A stretch of 64,000 nucleotides of DNA. It comes from Balanoglossus misakiensis (lineage: Eukaryota > Animalia > Hemichordata). This document shows positions 52,490-63,127 of this stretch, piece after piece. Under the pieces are notes generated by a model that had not been told where the DNA came from, did no database searches, and was given only the letters and a program-made list of their open reading frames with translations. How positions within the stretch are numbered: position 1 is the first letter of the stretch; each line of letters begins with the position of its first letter. Both the position numbers and the translations under genes were made by a program. The stretch lies in assembly GCA_040954595.2 (NCBI GenBank), contig CM082592.2:1922001-1986000 (forward strand), in the 5' to 3' direction.

Positions 52490-53836
52490 TTACACTTGTA
52501 CTCAAGCACTACAATGCAGAAATCTCCTTTACTCTGGGATGGGTTCAAAAAGAATGCGCACAACACACCGTCTTTTGTTTCTCAGAGCAAGTGACATGGA
52601 TATGTAAAGATTGCATCAAAGTCCTTTCAGTCTGTAGTGGGACCGTTCCCCGTATAGACGTCATGGAACAACATGATATGACCACTCCATGATATAACAG
52701 ACGTAGCTTCACCGTAACGCCCTCAACGACAGAAGAATATATTATGTTGTTGTTTTTCGGCGAGAACGTGAACTGCAGTCATGATCGACATACCACTTGT
52801 ACATTTTCACCAGGAGAATATCTTCTTTCTGCTGTTTTTTTCCGGTCCGCTGTCAAGACGTTGATGTGGTTCAGCTGGACGTTCAAATGTGCGAACGAAT
52901 GTAGTTATCAACTGCCAGAACTGAAAGCTGATGGCGCCATCTACAACGAAAGATGAAGTTCAGTGTCCATGCTTGTATTACAAAATCCAAAATAAAACAA
53001 GATAGCGATAATCGAACACCTTAGTAGTCATAAACAACGACAGTGTTCTTTAACAAGGTTTTCGCATTAAATGTCAGCATATTAAAATCATAACCGACTT
53101 GGGTGCTCGTGTATACATGTGCCTGTTAAATATATCGAGAAAGTTAAATACTACGTCCATGGGTCTTTTGGATCAGTCAGCTATCATGATACATGTATTT
53201 ATGGTTTAGAATGTCACTTGTTGCACGTTACAAAGCTACACTATTCACCATTCATGGACTTTGCGACCATCACATGCGTATGGGTTGGGTTTCCAGTATT
53301 TTCTGATATGATACAGCATATTTCCACTGATAATTAAAAATACGCGTTGTAAGTTTCACCGTCCGAACAAATGCACAGAGGTCAAACATACAAGGTTCGT
53401 GATGGCCTCGCGGCGTGTTTAGGTTCCAGTATCCGTCCAGACCAGAAACCAGAAAAGTTGGTCGCTTGAAAAGACAAGAGATTCAAGTACTTCAAACGTA
53501 TACCTTTGCGACAACAAATTGATTTAGAAGATTTGGTGTACAACCTAAGTATACACCGATAAAATTGTTTTCCACAAAATGTAGAAACGCAACATGCGGA
53601 CTGATCACTGATGTGGGTCATTGTATTGTAAAAGAGTCAACCATGACCTATATTTCGATGGCATTGTATCTCAGTATACCTTTTACCCGCAAACGCTACT
53701 ATTGATCCATGTCAAGTTTCGTCAAATTTGACGCAAGAACACTAAATTAACAAGATTCACTGCACGAATTAAGATTTTACTCAAATTATTCAAAAATTAC
53801 AAAAATAACATGACGGAGCTAAAAGTCTTCTAGTTA

Positions 53837-54089
53837 GGCCAAATAAAAAATATGTTCTGTTCCGATTACCCGACCTACCCTAATTTTAGCCCTCCGACCC
53901 TAAACTTTTTAGAGCTTCGTAAACCGGAAGTAAAACAATGATGCCAAATATACAAAATGTATGAATAGCGAGAATCACGCAAGAACTATGACGCCATTAT
54001 TCTATACTACGGCGGCCGAAGATATAACCTACCATATTTTTGAAAACCATGTAATCGGAACGGCACATGTTATTTTTGGGGAGGGGGCC
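53837..54089. mobile_element. PIF/Harbinger-type MITE, family D (degenerate)
   Basis: GGCCAAATAAAAAATATGTTCTGTTCCGATTAC / GTAATCGGAACGGCACATGTTATTTTTGG..GGCC; TTA on both sides. Confidence 0.65.
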
Positions 54090-54391
54090 TTAGCACATAC
54101 CGTCGTCAGATAAGTCTGATAGCCTATACATGTACATCACTGATAAGCAAAGTGTATTACATTTTGAAATTTGCAGTTTACTGATCCGATAGTGCAGCAT
54201 ATGGAGAGGTTAATACCGTACGCCGATGAGGCGGACTGAGTGTGTGTACTAAAAAGCTGTCAAAAAAGTTGACATTACACAGTTTTATACCAGTTTACCA
54301 TGGTCAATGTGTACCCGGATTCTAGGGAGTAAGGAAATGACACCGTTTGTGCTCACTAGGCACTGTTAAGGTTGAAGAACTGGTGTGAAAT

Positions 54392-54487
54392 TTGCCTCTC
54401 CAGAGGGCGCCGTCAATGACCTTTGGCTCTTCAGAGATGCGTCTCTGAAAAGCCAAAGGTCATTGACGGCGCCCTCTTGAGAGGCAA
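54392..54487. repeat. ~96-bp near-perfect palindrome
   Basis: TTGCCTCTCCAGAGGGCGCCGTCAATGACCTTTGGC.. / ..GCCAAAGGTCATTGACGGCGCCCTCTTGAGAGGCAA, two arm mismatches. Confidence 0.9.
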
Positions 54488-54619
54488 GTGTGACATCTGA
54501 CTTCGTTATTCATTTTCACTTACAGTACTGAAGTTTACCGACGCCCTTTAAAAACCCTCAGTTCATAGGCGGAATTGACTATGCGGAGGCTTAATGAGGT
54601 CACAGAAGTAGTTTTTTTA

Positions 54620-54772
54620 TTTTATACCTGTAATTTTTTTTCATGCCTGTAATAAAAATTTCATACCTGTAATAAAATTTCATACCTGTAATAAAAATTT
54701 CATACCTGTAATTAAAATTTCATGCCTGTAATTTTTTTTTTTTACTTTCGTGACCTTTGAACCTACAAGATC
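54620..54772. repeat. ~20-bp tandem repeat (TTTCATRCCTGTAATAAAA) plus TGACCTTTGAACCT motif; related inverted and direct copies at 57512-57665
   Basis: Directly visible. Confidence 0.8.
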
Positions 54773-55509
54773 TGCTCAGCTCAGCTGAGTTCAAGTGTGA
54801 TATTGCGGTCAAAATTCAGCATAGACCTTTGATATCAACATTCAGGAAGAGAGTAGAAAATACAAACAGAGGTGTCATAACTTGAGCAGGTTCCAGCGAC
54901 ACAGAGTAAGCTGACTAAGTATTCAAAGCCGCATCACCTCGCTCATGGATATGCCTATTGTTAAAGGAATGGGTCCGGGCTTTTGGAGGCGCATCCATGG
55001 CGAAGTGTGTAAAACTCTTATATTCGAAAAAAGTGGGAGGGCGGGTGGGAATATATTCGCAAAGGATTTTACCGAGGGGGCTGGTCATATAAAATCCCCA
55101 CCCTGTCCCGTTTACGCACATAGCCCTGCTCTCTTGGCCTATTGCAAGGGAGGGATATACTGTACGTTGCTCGTTGCTTTTATACTTCGGCTTATTTGCA
55201 TATGGCGGATGGATATCGCTCTGTGCCGCGGTTTTGAATAACTAAGTATTCAAAGCCGCATCACCTCGCTCATGGATATGCCTATTGTTAAAGGAATGGG
55301 TCCGGGCTTTTGGAGGCGCATCCGGACGCAAAGCCTATTCTCCTCGTGCTTGAGCCCATTATTACCGAGTTGGGTATCCCCCCAATCCTTAAAATACAGT
55401 CAAACCAAGTAACAAACAAGTTACCACTACAAACACACCCACAACAAAAGCCTTTGAAAATCCAATTAAATCATTGAGGTTCTCATATCTTTTTGTGTTC
55501 TGCTTTTCG

Positions 55510-55660
55510 TCGTTCCACACCTCCCTGTGCTTATGAATTCCCCCGGCGACAAATTCATGTGGGTTTCTAAATGATAGTAGTGCGGGCGACACTTTCTTGT
55601 TGGATTTACGAACCTCATCGACATTGATAACGGGTCTCCTGTCGAGGGGCGCCCTCAAGA
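55510..55660 (-). pseudogene. Relic of the N-terminus of a DIRS-order reverse transcriptase ORF
   Basis: LSFRNPHEFVAGGIHKHREVW resembles the ..AG.L....W motif that begins DIRS-group RT ORFs; the rest appears deleted. Confidence 0.55.
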
Positions 55661-56335
55661 GATACCCATGTGTATGACTTTCTGGCGACTGGAAGTTCCT
55701 CAGGGCCGATTTCCCATGCGTAGGGAGTGAACAGAAAAGAATACATAAAGACTATGGGCTACTAAATGTAAAATGTTTTCTTGAGGGAGCCCCTAGACAG
55801 GACCTCAGTAAGGCGAGTTTTAGTCCTCCCTGCGTTCGGGGCGATGTTTGGTGTATGATAAACACGGGATATCCGCTACTGGTTGAGTGGGGTCAATCTA
55901 GGAAGGCGAGATATAAAAGCATTTTTTTTTTCTTTCTTTCTTTTATTTTATTCTCAAGACAACCTTTTAATTGTCACGGAAGGTTGTAAGCAAACCAGAC
56001 TTTTCGTACATTTCAAGTTATCAAAGCATCACAGCAAGTTCTTAAGTGTGGGTGTCCGTGTAGCGTTTGCTCCATCTGAGTTGCTCAGGCATGTTTTGTG
56101 CGTCTGTATTTATATGCGTGAATGCGTTCCGTCTATGGTGCGAGCGGTTGGTCGAAAGTATGCGATTGTGTGGGTGTGCATGAAGGCGTCTATTAGTGTG
56201 CAGGCGACCGAGAGAAGTATGCGTGTTAGTACAGTGTGCATGCGTGTACGTGGATGAGTAACCCATGTTTTACTTGCTGTGACGAATAAATATAAACGAG
56301 CAAAGAGAGAGAAAAAACACAGCAATGTGGGTATA

Positions 56336-57372
56336 CTACTTTCTTTTTGGGCAGGCTCTGGCAACATGCCCTTTCTCACCGCAGACAAAGCATGTGACTA
56401 GTTCATCCTTATTTCTTTTCTCAGTGCGGCGATGCGGTTTCTGTCAATTCTTGCAGTTTTTTTTTTTTTTACCTGGCTTCTTTAGGTTCTCCAACTCCCT
56501 TTTCTGCAATACAAGTAAACGTACACATACAATAACTTCTCTGCCCATTACCACGGGTGGAAAGTATACTTGCTCTCCCGTACTGAAGACTCCCCTTTTG
56601 TTTACAGGGCGAGCGCCTCATTACATAGGCATCAGCAAATTCAAGGCGAACATGCGTCTGCTACGTAAATGACCGCTCACATTGCTCCTCCCTCGAGCCT
56701 ATGTATTTCCTTTGGCCTCAGCCACAATAATTCGGCGCTCTCGCAGTCATCACCGGATGAACTGCCTGGCCGGTCTCCTTGGCACTCATGGGTATAACCC
56801 ACCCAGCTCTATTTAACAAACAAATGTTGGCGCTCTCGCAGTATATCACACTGCCTGGCCTGCCGCTCACTCCTGTAACTCCAAGTATTCGACGCATATT
56901 GCATAGAAAATAAAATTCAATCTCCATTCAGTTCTACCATGCCTGTTACGTAGGGGAAAGGAATCGTTTTTTTTTTTTTTTTTTTTTTTTCAATTGGCGA
57001 AACAGGTGGTGTCAGGCCTAACAGGTGGCGGAATTTCAAATTGGTGATTTGGCCTTCCACCTGCACTAAGAAAATTCGAAAGCCGAAAAACAACGCGAGG
57101 GGAGAAATGTGGTGAACCGTAGTGCATAAAAAACAACAACAGGGGACCGAACTGCAAATCAAAACCGAAATGACCGGAGGCATACAAGGGGGAAAACTAA
57201 CCCTGGTTACACTGCTGCTGACGCCTGTTGCCTCTCCACTTGCTGGTTTTGGTGCAGCATTTTGCTGGGGTGTGGCACCACCGGGACCGGGTCTTGGATG
57301 GCGACCGGATAGTTGTGCGGAGTCCTGGTGTGAGTCCACAAAAGCTCGAACTGCGGAACCAGTTTGAGCCAT
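56336..57372 (-). pseudogene. Fragmented gag-like ORF ending in a CCHC zinc knuckle
   Basis: ATG at 57372 just inside repeat A1 (MAQTGSAVRAF..); - strand 56430-56336 reads HRRTEKRNKDELVTCFVCGEKGHVARACPKRK* (C-X2-C-X4-H-X4-C). Confidence 0.75.
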
Positions 57373-57827
57373 GGTTCGTGCTGTCGTGGCCTATTGCAAG
57401 GGAGGGACAGACTGTACGTTGCTCGTTGCTTTTATACTTCGGCTCATTTGCATATGGCGGATGGATATCGCTCTGTGCCGCGGTTTTGAATAAGCCAGTC
57501 ACTCTACATGCGATCGTAAGTTGTAAGTTCAAAGGTCATGAAACTAAAAAAAAGAAAATTACAGGCATGAAACACTTCACGTCATCAGATCATGCCTGTA
57601 TTTTTTTTTACTTTAATGACCTTTGAACCTTATACATCATCTTGTGACCCTTGGCTCAGCTCAGTGAGCAACAGGCCAAATTTAGCATCAACCCATACAA
57701 GGCAGTCAGTAGAGAATGCAGAAAAAGTCGAACCAGCTATATACCGCTTGCTATGAACTGTTTTGACAGCACTAGTCATTTGTGGTGAATGAGCAGGCCC
57801 CGGCAATACATCGTAACTTGCAGCTTA

Positions 57828-58115
57828 GGGACGGTTCAGCTTTTACGGCTGGGGGGGTGTTGTAAGTTTGGGTCATCTGTTTTCGAAAACAGGCAGACCC
57901 CCTTCACCCTGGACCAAAAAATGACGACTCCTCTTTGACAGACAACAAAATATGATGACCCCCCCCCCCCCGAAAACATGACACAACTACTTGTGGAGGA
58001 AAACGGTTTCTTTCCAAGAGCCTGCTCGCCGTCCTGATTTTATGTTTACTGTATGTAGTAAAGGGAAAGAGGCTCCCCACACCTGAATTATAAATATCAT
58101 TAAGAAATTTAGAAT
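57828..58115 (-). mobile_element. Diverged one-ended fragment related to Harbinger MITE family A
   Basis: TTA+GGGACGGTTCAGCTTTTACGGCTGGGGGGG, followed by sequence matching the reverse complement of the family A right end. Confidence 0.7.
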
Positions 58116-58477
58116 TGGGGTGTATATCGAGCCAATGAAGTTTGGCTTTCCTCGAGCCCGCGCCTATAAACAAACGTTAATGGTCAGGGCGGAGTCAGTC
58201 ATTTCCATTATATCACCAACGAACTCAAGAAAACCGTCAAAAATTACGAAATGTCCCACGCAAATGAATATAGGGCCCCGGAACTTGTGTTACGCAAAAT
58301 GTTGTATTCACTGAACTGTATGCTAATATTACTATTCAGATTTTCGGGCATGTAAACAAACCATTACTGAGTATTTGTGGTCAGTGACGTCGTTCATCTT
58401 GACCAATTAAAATGCGACGCACAGGCCATGGTAATATAATAGTTAATAGTATGGCGTTGCAATAAAGAAATTTATAA

Positions 58478-58856
58478 TATACCTCATGCTAATACTGTGC
58501 CGTGATTCGCCAGAATCCGTCACGTGATAGGAAAATAGAATCGACTATGAACCGCTAGGTAAATAGCAGAAAAAATATAAACCGGTCACGTGACCAACGT
58601 GGTCACGTCAATCAGCGTCGTGTCGTCTGACACAATGGCCACCGCTGAAGATGTCGTCTGCCAGCCTCAAGAGAGAATTGCAAGATTTTCCCAGCTGTTA
58701 GCATGAGGTTTATATTCGGGCAATAGCAGCCGTTTTTACCCCCTCGTGACTGTGAGTTACCAGAATCATATGCTATTTCCCTCGGCCTGCGGCCTCGGGA
58801 AATAGCATATGATTCTGGTAACTCACAGCCCCTCGGGTGTAATAAACGGCCGCTAT
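58478..58856. mobile_element. Non-autonomous Crypton-type palindromic element
   Basis: Inverted repeats ACCTCATGCTAA / TTAGCATGAGGT (~58481 and ~58698), followed by a ~134-bp hairpin at 58723-58856. Confidence 0.65.
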
Positions 58857-59127
58857 GGCCCTCATGGCCAGGCAATAGGTGTTCAATATGAATAAATTAT
58901 AATGCTACACCATTGAGCGCATAGCCCGACTTGGCCAATTTTTGTGGGTAACCGATCGACCTTTCATAGCTTATAAGGCAAGTGGGATGAAAACAATGTG
59001 GTTTGTTTTGTTCTGCAAAAAGTGGTTTTAAAATTCAGACATTTGCAGAAAAGGGAAAAAACGGAAACTTGCGACAAAAAATAGTATCTATCAGGCTACA
59101 CTTTAATGGAAAAATTGTGAAAATATT

Positions 59128-59247
59128 AAGCCTACAGCACGTAGTATTCCCAGACGGTCTCCCGTCCAAGTACTAACTACGCCCAACGCAGGTTTGCTTC
59201 GGTGATCAGACGAGAACCGGCTTATTCTACGTGGTATGGCCGTAGGC
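59128..59247 (-). rRNA. 5S rRNA (variant type), copy 1
   Basis: GCCTACGGCCATACCACG..CTCGTCTGATC..TTAGTACTTGGACGGGAGACCGTCTGGGAATAC..GTGCTGTAGGCTT, 120 nt; helices I-V pair; T4/T5 runs just downstream. Confidence 0.93.
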
Positions 59248-59307
59248 GAAGGATTGTTGAAATTCTCCTGCTATGAACCCGAATGCTACACCATTGAACA
59301 CGTATCC

Positions 59308-60375
59308 CTACTTGGCCAATTTTAGTGGGTAACCGATCGACCTTTCATAGCTTATAAGGCAAGTGGGATGAAAAAAAATGTGGTTTGTTTTGTTCTGCAA
59401 AAAAAGAGGTATACCAAATAATATCATTAGAATTCTATCTGTTGTGTTAAACTTATTTACATTACAGGCACTGTAAATATACCCGAAAACAAGTTGCCAC
59501 AAGGATTGAATTGTCTGGCAGCACACAAGCAAATGATACACGTCTTCGGGGGGAAATGTGCAGAAGTCACAAGTAGGACTAAGGATTTTGCCTGCTTTGT
59601 AAAGACGAAGGTTACAAAAAACTGCGTTGTGACAAATGAGATAATCCAGATCACCCAGGTAGTTATCCTTGAAATTTGTGTAAACCTTACTAAAATCAAA
59701 GTTTGGCAGGTGGAAAAGCCAATACTGAACACCCGTGGGCACTGTTTTTCTCAGATGTCGAGCAATTGTAGTAATGTGTCTAACTTTAAGAGAATGGAAA
59801 GGAACACGTTGATTATGAGCATTAACAATAAAGAGAGACGGGTTTTTGTCCACTTTGTTATAATTTTTGTAATTACTCTGCAGAATATCATGCCACTTTT
59901 GAGGAATTGAATTGAGGATAATATGGTACTGCTTCTCAACAGTATTGCTTGTGGGAGTGTAGGGATGGGCCAATGAAACCATGTCACGAATTGCATCAAC
60001 AGGTAGGAACCCAGGAATGACCTCGTATAACAAATCTCTGATTTCAACAATGCCAGCTGAGCTGAACAGTTTTATGATCGGCAGAGGGCGCCCTTCAACA
60101 CTTGTAATGAAGGGGTTGTGAAACATGGGTTCATTGATAATTTCATCGTAGGAAATTGGTTGTGCACGTGAATACCTGAAAAGATGCGACCAAGACTGAA
60201 AAAGTTCCCTGTAGAATGTAGAACACTGGCGTAAGTTGGCAGTATAAAGTAACATTTTAAAAGTGTCAACACCACAATTGAGATTGAGATACTTATTTAA
60301 GTTGTAGGTGACAAACAACTTGAAAAAATGTGGTTTGTTTTGTTCTGCAAAACAGTGGTTTTGGAATTCAGACAT
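59308..60375 (-). CDS. 355-aa chimeric ORF: L1/Tx1-clade LINE ORF2 post-RT fragment (zf-RVT region) fused to 5S spacer sequence, unit 1
   Basis: FY..L..SW, EPMFHNPFI, SIPQKW and CDFC..PEDVYHLLVCC..LW..ILFG motifs. The LINE-derived part is ~59403-60322; start and stop come from the spacer. Expression is unproven. Confidence 0.75.
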   Translation of the reverse strand: MSEFQNHCFAEQNKPHFFKLFVTYNLNKYLNLNCGVDTFKMLLYTANLRQCSTFYRELFQSWSHLFRYSRAQPISYDEIINEPMFHNPFITSVEGRPLPIIKLFSSAGIVEIRDLLYEVIPGFLPVDAIRDMVSLAHPYTPTSNTVEKQYHIILNSIPQKWHDILQSNYKNYNKVDKNPSLFIVNAHNQRVPFHSLKVRHITTIARHLRKTVPTGVQYWLFHLPNFDFSKVYTNFKDNYLGDLDYLICHNAVFCNLRLYKAGKILSPTCDFCTFPPEDVYHLLVCCQTIQSLWQLVFGYIYSACNVNKFNTTDRILMILFGIPLFLQNKTNHIFFHPTCLISYERSIGYPLKLAK

Positions 60376-60460
60376 TTGCAGAAAAAGGAAAAAACGGAAA
60401 CTTGCGATAAAAAATATTACCCTTCCGTCTACACTTTAATGGAAAATTGGGGAAAATATT

Positions 60461-60580
60461 AAGCCTACAGCACGTAGTATTCCCAGACGGTCTCCCGTCC
60501 AAGTACTAACTATGCCCAACGCAGGTTTGCTTCGGTGATCAGACGAGAACCGGCTTATTCTACGTGGTATGGCCGTAGGC
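60461..60580 (-). rRNA. 5S rRNA (variant type), copy 2
   Basis: As copy 1 except G68A. Confidence 0.9.
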
Positions 60581-60640
60581 GAAGGATTGTTGAAATTCTC
60601 CTGCTATGAACCCGAATGCTACACCATTGAACACGTATCC

Positions 60641-61708
60641 CTACTTGGCCAATTTTAGTGGGTAACCGATCGACCTTTCATAGCTTATAAGGCAAGTGGG
60701 ATGAAAAAAAATGTGGTTTGTTTTGTTCTGCAAAAAAAGAGGTATACCAAATAATATCATTAGAATTCTATCTGTTGTGTTAAACTTATTTACATTACAG
60801 GCACTGTAAATATACCCGAAAACAAGTTGCCACAAGGATTGAATTGTCTGGCAGCACACAAGCAAATGATACACGTCTTCGGGGGGAAATGTGCAGAAGT
60901 CACAAGTAGGACTAAGGATTTTGCCTGCTTTGTAAAGACGAAGGTTACAAAAAACTGCGTTGTGACAAATGAGATAATCCAGATCACCTAGGTAGTTATC
61001 CTTGAAATTTGTGTAAACCTTACTAAAATCAAAGTTTGGCAGGTGGAAAAGCCAATACTGAACACCCGTGGGCACTGTTTTTCTCAGATGTCGAGCAATT
61101 GTAGTAATGTGTCTAACTTTAAGAGAATGGAAAGGAACACGTTGATTATGAGCATTAACAATAAACAGAGACGGGTTTTTGTCCACTTTGTTATAATTTT
61201 TGTAATTACTCTGCAGAATATCATGCCACTTTTGAGGAATTGAATTGAGGATAATATGGTACTGCTTCTCAACAGTATTGCTTGTGGGAGTGTAGGGATG
61301 GGCCAATGAAACCATGTCACGAATTGCATCAACAGGTAGGAACCCAGGAATGACCTCGTATAACAAATCTCTGATTTCAACAATGCCAGCTGAGCTGAAC
61401 AGTTTTATGATCGGCAGAGGGCGCCCTTCAACACTTGTAATGAAGGGGTTGTGAAACATGGGTTCATTGATAATTTCATCGTAGGAAATTGGTTGTGCAC
61501 GTGAATACCTGAAAAGATGCGACCAAGACTGAAAAAGTTCCCTGTAGAATGTAGAACACTGGCGTAAGTTGGCAGTATAAAGTAACATTTTAAAAGTGTC
61601 AACACCACAATTGAGATTGAGATACTTATTTAAGTTGTAGGTGACAAACAACTTGAAAAAATGTGGTTTGTTTTGTTCTGCAAAACAGTGGTTTTGGAAT
61701 TCAGACAT
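60641..61708 (-). CDS. 355-aa LINE-fragment ORF, unit 2
   Basis: Translation identical to unit 1. Confidence 0.75.
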   Translation of the reverse strand: MSEFQNHCFAEQNKPHFFKLFVTYNLNKYLNLNCGVDTFKMLLYTANLRQCSTFYRELFQSWSHLFRYSRAQPISYDEIINEPMFHNPFITSVEGRPLPIIKLFSSAGIVEIRDLLYEVIPGFLPVDAIRDMVSLAHPYTPTSNTVEKQYHIILNSIPQKWHDILQSNYKNYNKVDKNPSLFIVNAHNQRVPFHSLKVRHITTIARHLRKTVPTGVQYWLFHLPNFDFSKVYTNFKDNYLGDLDYLICHNAVFCNLRLYKAGKILSPTCDFCTFPPEDVYHLLVCCQTIQSLWQLVFGYIYSACNVNKFNTTDRILMILFGIPLFLQNKTNHIFFHPTCLISYERSIGYPLKLAK

Positions 61709-61793
61709 TTGCAGAAAAAGGAAAAAACGGAAACTTGCGATAAAAAATATTACCCTTCCGTCTACACTTTAATGGAAAATTGGGGAAAATATT

Positions 61794-61913
61794 AAGCCTA
61801 CAGCACGTAGTATTCCCAGACGGTCTCCCGTCCAAGTACTAACTATGCCCAACGCAGGTTTGCTTCGGTGATCAGACGAGAACCGGCTTATTCTACGTGG
61901 TATGGCCGTAGGC
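61794..61913 (-). rRNA. 5S rRNA (variant type), copy 3
   Basis: Same sequence as copy 2. Confidence 0.9.
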
Positions 61914-62010
61914 GAAGGATTGTTGAAATTCTCCTGCTATGAACCCGAATGCTACACCATTGAACACGTATCCCTACTTGGCCAATTTTAGTGGGTAACC
62001 GATCGACCTT

Positions 62011-63042
62011 TCATAGCTTATAAGGCAAGTGGGATGAAAAAAAAATGTGGTTTGTTTTGTTCTGCAAAAAAAGAGGTATACCAAATAATATCATTAGAAT
62101 TCTATCTGTTGTGTTAAACTTATTTACATTACAGGCACTGTAAATATACCCGAAAACAAGTTGCCACAAGGATTGAATTGTCTGGCAGCACACAAGCAAA
62201 TGATACACGTCTTCGGGGGGAAATGTGCAGAAGTCACAAGTAGGACTAAGGATTTTGCCTGCTTTGTAAAGACGAAGGTTACAAAAAACTGCGTTGTGAC
62301 AAATGAGATAATCCAGATCACCTAGGTAGTTATCCTTGAAATTTGTGTAAACCTTACTAAAATCAAAGTTTGGCAGGTGGAAAAGCCAATACTGAACACC
62401 CGTGGGCACTGTTTTTCTCAGATGTCGAGCAATTGTAGTAATGTGTCTAACTTTAAGAGAATGGAAAGGAACACGTTGATTATGAGCATTAACAATAAAG
62501 AGAGACGGGTTTTTGTCCACTTTGTTATAATTTTTGTAATTACTCTGCAGAATATCATGCCACTTTTGAGGAATTGAATTGAGGATAATATGGTACTGCT
62601 TCTCAACAGTATTGCTTGTGGGAGTGTAGGGATGGGCCAATGAAACCATGTCACGAATTGCATCAACAGGTAGGAACCCAGGAATGACCTCGTATAACAA
62701 ATCTCTGATTTCAACAATGCCAGCTGAGCTGAACAGTTTTATGATCGGCAGAGGGCGCCCTTCAACACTTGTAATGAAGGGGTTGTGAAACATGGGTTCA
62801 TTGATAATTTCATCGTAGGAAATTGGTTGTGCACGTGAATACCTGAAAAGATGCGACCAAGACTGAAAAAGTTCCCTGTAGAATGTAGAACACTGGCGTA
62901 AGTTGGCAGTATAAAGTAACATTTTAAAAGTGTCAACACCACAATTGAGATTGAGATACTTATTTAAGTTGTAGGTGACAAACAACTTGAAAAAATGTGG
63001 TTTGTTTTGTTCTGCAAAACAGTGGTTTTGGAATTCAGACAT
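62011..63042 (-). CDS. 343-aa LINE-fragment ORF, unit 3
   Basis: One extra A in the homopolymer at ~62037-62045 changes only the spacer-derived C-terminus. Confidence 0.7.
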   Translation of the reverse strand: MSEFQNHCFAEQNKPHFFKLFVTYNLNKYLNLNCGVDTFKMLLYTANLRQCSTFYRELFQSWSHLFRYSRAQPISYDEIINEPMFHNPFITSVEGRPLPIIKLFSSAGIVEIRDLLYEVIPGFLPVDAIRDMVSLAHPYTPTSNTVEKQYHIILNSIPQKWHDILQSNYKNYNKVDKNPSLFIVNAHNQRVPFHSLKVRHITTIARHLRKTVPTGVQYWLFHLPNFDFSKVYTNFKDNYLGDLDYLICHNAVFCNLRLYKAGKILSPTCDFCTFPPEDVYHLLVCCQTIQSLWQLVFGYIYSACNVNKFNTTDRILMILFGIPLFLQNKTNHIFFSSHLPYKL

Positions 63043-63127
63043 TTGCAGAAAAAGGAAAAAACGGAAACTTGCGATAAAAAATATTACCCTTCCGTCTACA
63101 CTTTAATGGAAAATTGGGGAAAATATT

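Larger units (their letters stand above)
54914..57493 (-). mobile_element. Ngaro/PAT-like (DIRS-order) YR retrotransposon, internally deleted, with split direct repeats
   Basis: On the - strand: A1 (57493-57388), gag-like region, RT N-terminal relic, B1 (55324-55241), A2 (55241-55137), spacer, B2 (54997-54914). Confidence 0.78.

Noticed and set aside
59308-60580. 5S head plus LINE body as a SINE3-like retroposon
   Set aside because: Several T4-T6 Pol III terminators follow the 5S gene, no LINE 3' tail is present, and the empty spacer shows the LINE piece was inserted into an rDNA spacer.
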